Virus record (IMG/VR): IMGVR_UViG_3300033067_001162
Coordinates: 1-24,498 of that record
DNA: 24,498 nucleotides
Direction: 5' to 3' (one strand)
From: a virus
Taxonomy: Duplodnaviria > Caudoviricetes
In this document: positions 19,867 through 24,498 of the stretch, piece by piece
Numbering within the stretch: position 1 is the stretch's first letter
Layout of the letters: each line of letters opens with the position of its first letter
The notes under the pieces: generated by a model
Databases searched by the model: none
What the model was told of the DNA's origin: nothing
What the model saw: the letters and a program-made list of their open reading frames with translations, nothing else
Translations under genes and position numbers: made by a program

Positions 19867-20739
19867 CTATTTCTGATTGACCAGGTATCGCAAGATTCAG
19901 ATTTCTGTGATTTCCTTCGTGATTCCTTCGCTGTCATTGTAGTTGTTGAAGAGTGGCAATTTTCCAGTTTGCATTCGGAGATCAATCAGGAGTTGAGAAT
20001 ATGGAGAGTTTGCAGTGTATTCCAAACGCTTCTTGTTCTTCAATGCTTGATATGCAGCGATTGCAGCTTCATCACGAGCGTCAGCGATTGCATAAATGGT
20101 GTATAGACCAGTCATTTCATCGAATGGAATGTCAAAATATCCATTATTGTCACCATATGAATTGATACCTTTGAAAGTCTTCTGTGCAACATCGACATCG
20201 ACACCAGCCGCGAATGCGTGACCAACAATCTGACCATCAGTTCTCTTGCTATATATCTTTTGTTCACGAACAGCAGTCCAGTTTCAGTTGTTCGAACCAG
20301 AATAGAGCCAATGACCGCGCATCACTGCATCAATCATCGCGTCTATGGTTCCGACGCGAGAATATCCAGCAATGAGACCTTCAGCAATCATTTGATTGAG
20401 TGCGGATTGAAGGGAATCACCATCTTTCTGAACAGACGGCTTTTCAGCAATTCTTTTCTGCCAGAGGACTTTCGGATCGGTGAAGACTGCTGGCTTGCCA
20501 GACAAATCACTTTCAACAATATTCTGTGCATTATTGATATTCAAAACACCCTGGCGAGTACAAGACATATACATCAGCGGATCAGCACCCTGGTTTGGTA
20601 TATGGACACGACTATATGGAAACTGAACTTTCACAACTGGTGCAGTATCACCAAAAACGAGTTCGGAATATTCCAAATCTCGTTGGTCTGGTTTGTCGAG
20701 TGCGGCACTTGGCGGCATCTGGATCAAAATATCGTCCAT
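19867..20739 (-). CDS. Papain-like (C1-type) cysteine peptidase, candidate lysin (290 aa)
   Basis: PNQG...MSCT (Gln/Cys), VGHAF (His), INSYG..GYF (Asn); joins track ORFs 20284..20739 and 19897..20115. Confidence 0.8.
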
Positions 20740-20765
20740 AAGTGGGAGGATAGAAAATAGATACC

Positions 20766-21053
20766 CTATTCAGTGGGTGTTGGTGTTTCTTGAAGTGCAG
20801 CAAGTTCAGCTGCCTTTCGATCAGCCTCTCTTTTTTCTGCATCAATCTGGCGTTGTTCAATAATCTTTGCATTATCTCACTTTGTCTGGCTGTCAATTTC
20901 ACCATCGACAACTTTTGTGTCATACTGTTTGCGAATCTTTTCATATTGAGCATCTGTCACATCAATAGTCTTCGCCTTTTCAGCTTTGTCATATGGCTGG
21001 AGAGAACTTTCAGTGATGAATCAATCTTCATCAATTTTGATATAGAGTTTCAT
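20766..21053 (-). CDS. Small tail-fibre-associated/chaperone-like protein (95 aa)
   Basis: MKLYIKIDED(G)FITESS...; follows fibre gene; CCCACT leader. Confidence 0.55.
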
Positions 21054-21065
21054 AGTGGGAAAAGG

Positions 21066-22286
21066 TTAGTCAGTAATTTCAGCAAATCAAGTTCCTGTCG
21101 TTTTCGTGACAAATACTGTCAGCGTTGTTTCTCAATAGTAGTCCATTTCTTGAAGAACAGAAGTGGAAAATGGTGTCATATTTCACCAGTTATTTGAATC
21201 AATTTTGAATATGACTCCACCACCAGCAAGATTTGAAAATCAAACTTTTCCAAGACGCTTTGCGGATCAGGTATAGAATCAAAAGAATGATATTCCAGGG
21301 GTACCAATGGTTGTGGAATTCCTGAACTGCCAAATTCAGTTCGTCAGGTCAACAATTGGTCATTGCAAAAGGCTATTCGACAAAGCTCAAAATGATAAAC
21401 CAGACAACGATCATATTTCCGCAAGACTTGTATTCAATATTTTGGTGATTGTATTTTGCTTATTGTGGAAAATAACATTTCACGAAATTTCTCAAAAGAC
21501 TTGGTCAAACATATAAGTTATTGCTGACCAGGTGTCAGTGTTTCCATCAAATTTCAGACAAACAGAATAGTTTCACTTTCTGAAAAGATTGTAGAATTTG
21601 TCAAATGATGCACCAGCACCTATTGCTGGGCATTTTTGCAGATCACCAGCACCACCAAACACTTCTGTTGCATAAGTATAGCTTGAAATATTATCATCTT
21701 GAACAGTAGTCACACTTGATGGCAATGCACCACTTGTGAGAGAAGACCAAGAACCAGAATACTTTCGACCAACATCACAAGTGTATGGTGAAGCCGTGAG
21801 AGAATAAAAGGCATAGACAACAGCACCTTTTGCAAAGACTCGGTTGAGATCATAGGACGCAACAGAAGGAACTGACAATGCAGTTCCTTTTGTGGCTGTG
21901 GTTCCTGAAATACTTATTGGATAAACATCATTGACTGCAAAAGATGCAGAACCACCAGCATCAGAACAGAGAAGGTGAAAGTTTGCTGACTGTGCGCCCT
22001 GGAATGCTGCAAATCTCGGTGCAGAAGTGAATGTTCCAAAAGAAGAAAGTGTGATTGGAGTGAGCGAACCAATATTTCAATTTGTGTCATAAGTGTATCT
22101 GTCAATCTTCAACCACGGAGAAGCAGAAAGACTTCTGACAAAGTAAATATATTTATTCGAATAATCAAACCACTGTCAGACCGTGGTGTTGTCGTGCAAA
22201 TCGGTCAAAATATATTGACCTTCTGCATCAACACGAACTGGTGTTGTATATACGCGCTTCGGTTGGCTGGTGTTGAGAACTAACAT
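21066..22286 (-). CDS. Putative tail fibre/receptor-binding protein (406 aa)
   Basis: Continuous beta/Ser/Thr/Gly-rich frame with about 15 TGA codons; position at distal end of tail module. Confidence 0.7.
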
Positions 22287-22307
22287 AGTTTATAAATAAA
22301 AAAATAA

Positions 22308-22880
22308 TTATGATTCAACCGTTCCCGTCAGGTTTCAAAGTGCATTATATGTCATAGTCCAGGTATTTGAACCGTTCGTGATTGTCTTGACTTGTCTATT
22401 TCTATTATATGTCAAAGTGAAGGTGACAGTGTCTGCATCGAAAGAAGTCAGCAATCCTTTTGTATATGTTGTCGAAGTGATATTGTCGAAACCACTTGCG
22501 CCCATAACTCAACCGACAGCATCGTTTCTCCATTTTGTGATTGAAGTGACAGCACCAGAGACGGTGACGACGATTGCAAGGCGAGTATAGTTGGCATTCC
22601 AGGCACTTGTGGAGACCTGAATCGTTCCAGTGGAATCAATCTGCACATAATTTGTTGCATTGTTTGTCATCGCGACAACACCACCAGCATAGTTTCATTC
22701 TGTGCTTCCGACTCGGTATGTTCCAGCACCAACATTCACATTCAAAGCAGAAGCGGCATAGACTTTCAATCGGTCTGAACCAGCAGAATAGAGATCATCG
22801 AGATCAGAATTGAATTGATTCATTCGAGTTGCCGTGATGGCATCGGCGACAGACCAGGTTGTTGAATTGAGTCTTGGCAT
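22308..22880 (-). CDS. Tail/baseplate structural protein (190 aa)
   Basis: W...DAITATRMNQF N-terminal motif typical of fibre/baseplate proteins; short YD-like C-terminal repeats. Confidence 0.7.
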
Positions 22881-22914
22881 AAATGAATTGTAGTTTTTAC
22901 GCTATAAAAAGCAA

Positions 22915-23532
22915 CTAGGTTGCAGAACTGATTGTGATTGACGCGTTGATTGAAAGTGTTTCGTTGACCGATATGGTTTCATTCATATTGATGCGAGAGA
23001 GCAGATACCCACTATTTGCCGAACCAGTACCATCACAGAAAACTCACGCTTCGAGATAGGTATGTCAAGCCACTTCAGTTGTCGTGAAGTATTTGTCCAA
23101 ATAGGCAACTTCAAGAACTCTATATCGGTTCGTGAATAGTCATCTGACGGTTTCTGTTCCAAGTTGCGTGTCTGTTGCTGCTGGAGTTGTCGAACTGCTT
23201 CAGAGTGCGATATAATTTGCGTTGAATGTACTGGCTGGACTCGTGCCAGTCAGAAGGGTTGCAAACTGGTATCGAAGAACCTGTGGAATGATATTGTGTG
23301 CTTCAAATATCTTCAAGTCTGATTCAAAATTTCCTTGATAATTCCGAAGAACCTTTCCGAGAAATTCCAGAGTCTCTTGATGCTTGTTCTGAAGACGCTG
23401 AATGAATAGTTCAACATTGTGAACGCTTTCTTTCAGGTGTAGTTTCTCAACCAAAATCCTGGCGAGAGTTTCGTCAGTTGCTTTGGTGATCTTCCAGTTT
23501 GGTGTGATGATGGCGACTTTGTCGATTTTCAT
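22915..23532 (-). CDS. Baseplate/tail-collar-like protein (205 aa)
   Basis: YIAL(G)SSSTTPAATDTQLGTETVR and EA(G)VFCDG...GYLLSR motifs. Confidence 0.75.
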
Positions 23533-23541
23533 ATTTGTATT

Positions 23542-24498
23542 TTATGAGACTTGAGAAAAACCACAATAGGCATCATTCAACGATCAACCTTCAGTGAAGG
23601 TGAGAGTGTAGGCATATTGACCAGTGCGGCTGTGAGCATAGAAGACTTTGTTTTTGTGTGTGAAAGTGAAAACTTCTCCCCAAGTCATCACTTCATCTTG
23701 ATTTTTCACAATGTCCACTTGCTCGTTGACCTCAACAGTCAAATCATCTGTCTTCTTGATAAGCATTTGAAAGAACTCTATGATGCCGAACATTGTCGAA
23801 CCAGCAGAAATTTTATATTTCCACTTCTCATTGTTTTTTGAATCCTTCGTGATTTTCTGAATCAAGAAATCATCATCAATGCCACGGCTCGAATCAATAA
23901 TATGAATAATTTGTCACGCTGACAATCCATCAATTTCTGTGGTGAAATCTGCCGTCAAAATGGCGTTTGCATAGTTTTCAATTTCTGCTCTTGCACGAAG
24001 ACGGGCTTCATTCCAGTCTTTGATTGACGCATCTGTCACAACAGCACCTTCGAAGATACCATCACCACCAAGCAAGGCTTTTGTGGCAAGAATAGAAGTG
24101 GCATTCTCCACACGAACTCTGATTGGTTTGTATGGATAATAAATGCGCTTGAAGAGAGAGCCGACGGGAAGAATGGAAGCAGTTGACCTTCTGACAACTT
24201 TTTCCTGGAAGTTGAAAAGATATTCAAATGATGCTGGATCATCGAGATTTTCCACACCGACAGTCTTCTGAACATAGCTTGCACCAGTCCCAGTGGTATC
24301 GACCCAAATCTGCAATGATTTTGCTTTATAGTCCAGATTCCAAGACTCTTGTTTTCCATCACAAACTTCGACTTGAGTATAGAGGTTTGAATCAACCGCT
24401 TCACCACCACGAACGGTTTGTCGGTTCTTCAGCTGTGAAATATCTGCCGTGATATTCAAGTCTGAATAATTCATTGAAGTATCATCGAGATCAAACAC
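23542..24498 (-). CDS. Tail protein (hub/Tal-like), 5' end outside window
   Basis: LKNRQTVRGG, EARLRARAEIENYA, DGLSA(G)QIIHI...FLIQKIT; joins track ORFs 23914..24498 and 23584..23865 to TAA 23542. Confidence 0.75.

Larger units (their letters stand above)
1..24498. mobile_element. Tailed dsDNA phage (Caudoviricetes) genome segment using genetic code 25 (TGA=Gly)
   Basis: Terminase, portal, head protease, tail, lysis and replication/recombination genes in phage-like order; no bacterial housekeeping genes; in-frame TGA at conserved Gly positions. Confidence 0.95.

Noticed and set aside
20218-20760. 180-aa plus-strand ORF
   Set aside because: Fully antisense to the papain-like peptidase; no motif or leader
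21066-22286. Diversity-generating retroelement target in the fibre gene
   Set aside because: No reverse transcriptase or template/variable repeat pair visible in the window
1-24498. Degraded prophage full of nonsense mutations
   Set aside because: Interruptions are all TGA, fall on conserved Gly sites and keep frame; the only frameshift found is the MTase G tract
1-24498. TGA=Trp (code 4) or selenocysteine
   Set aside because: Walker A and other motifs require Gly at TGA positions; conserved Trp residues use TGG

Overview
This window is part of a tailed dsDNA phage genome (Caudoviricetes) that uses a reassigned genetic code in which TGA encodes glycine (translation table 25, the code of Gracilibacteria/Absconditabacteria-SR1 CPR bacteria). 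The supplied standard-code ORF track is therefore fragmented. Reading TGA as Gly joins the fragments into full-length genes that all end in TAA/TAG and restores conserved Gly motifs (terminase and DnaC Walker A, MTase NPPY-G). On the minus strand, from high to low coordinates, the order is: tail/baseplate/fibre genes, papain-like peptidase plus holin, a bidirectional terminator, a small plus-strand two-gene operon (one gene a membrane protein with an FtsK-gamma-like wHTH), then Sak4-like ATPase, DEDDh exonuclease, HTH proteins, replication initiator, DnaC, a membrane-anchored lytic transglycosylase, RusA, an adenine MTase frameshifted at a G9 tract, small accessory genes, TerS, TerL, a ~1188-aa Mu-like portal/gpF fusion and a Mu-like prohead protease. 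No integrase, CI-like repressor, tRNA or CRISPR array is visible. Intergenic regions carry several 10/11-bp-phased short direct-repeat arrays, and most start codons have pyrimidine-rich leaders without a Shine-Dalgarno sequence. All translations and counts were done by hand; family calls are motif-based, not database-verified.
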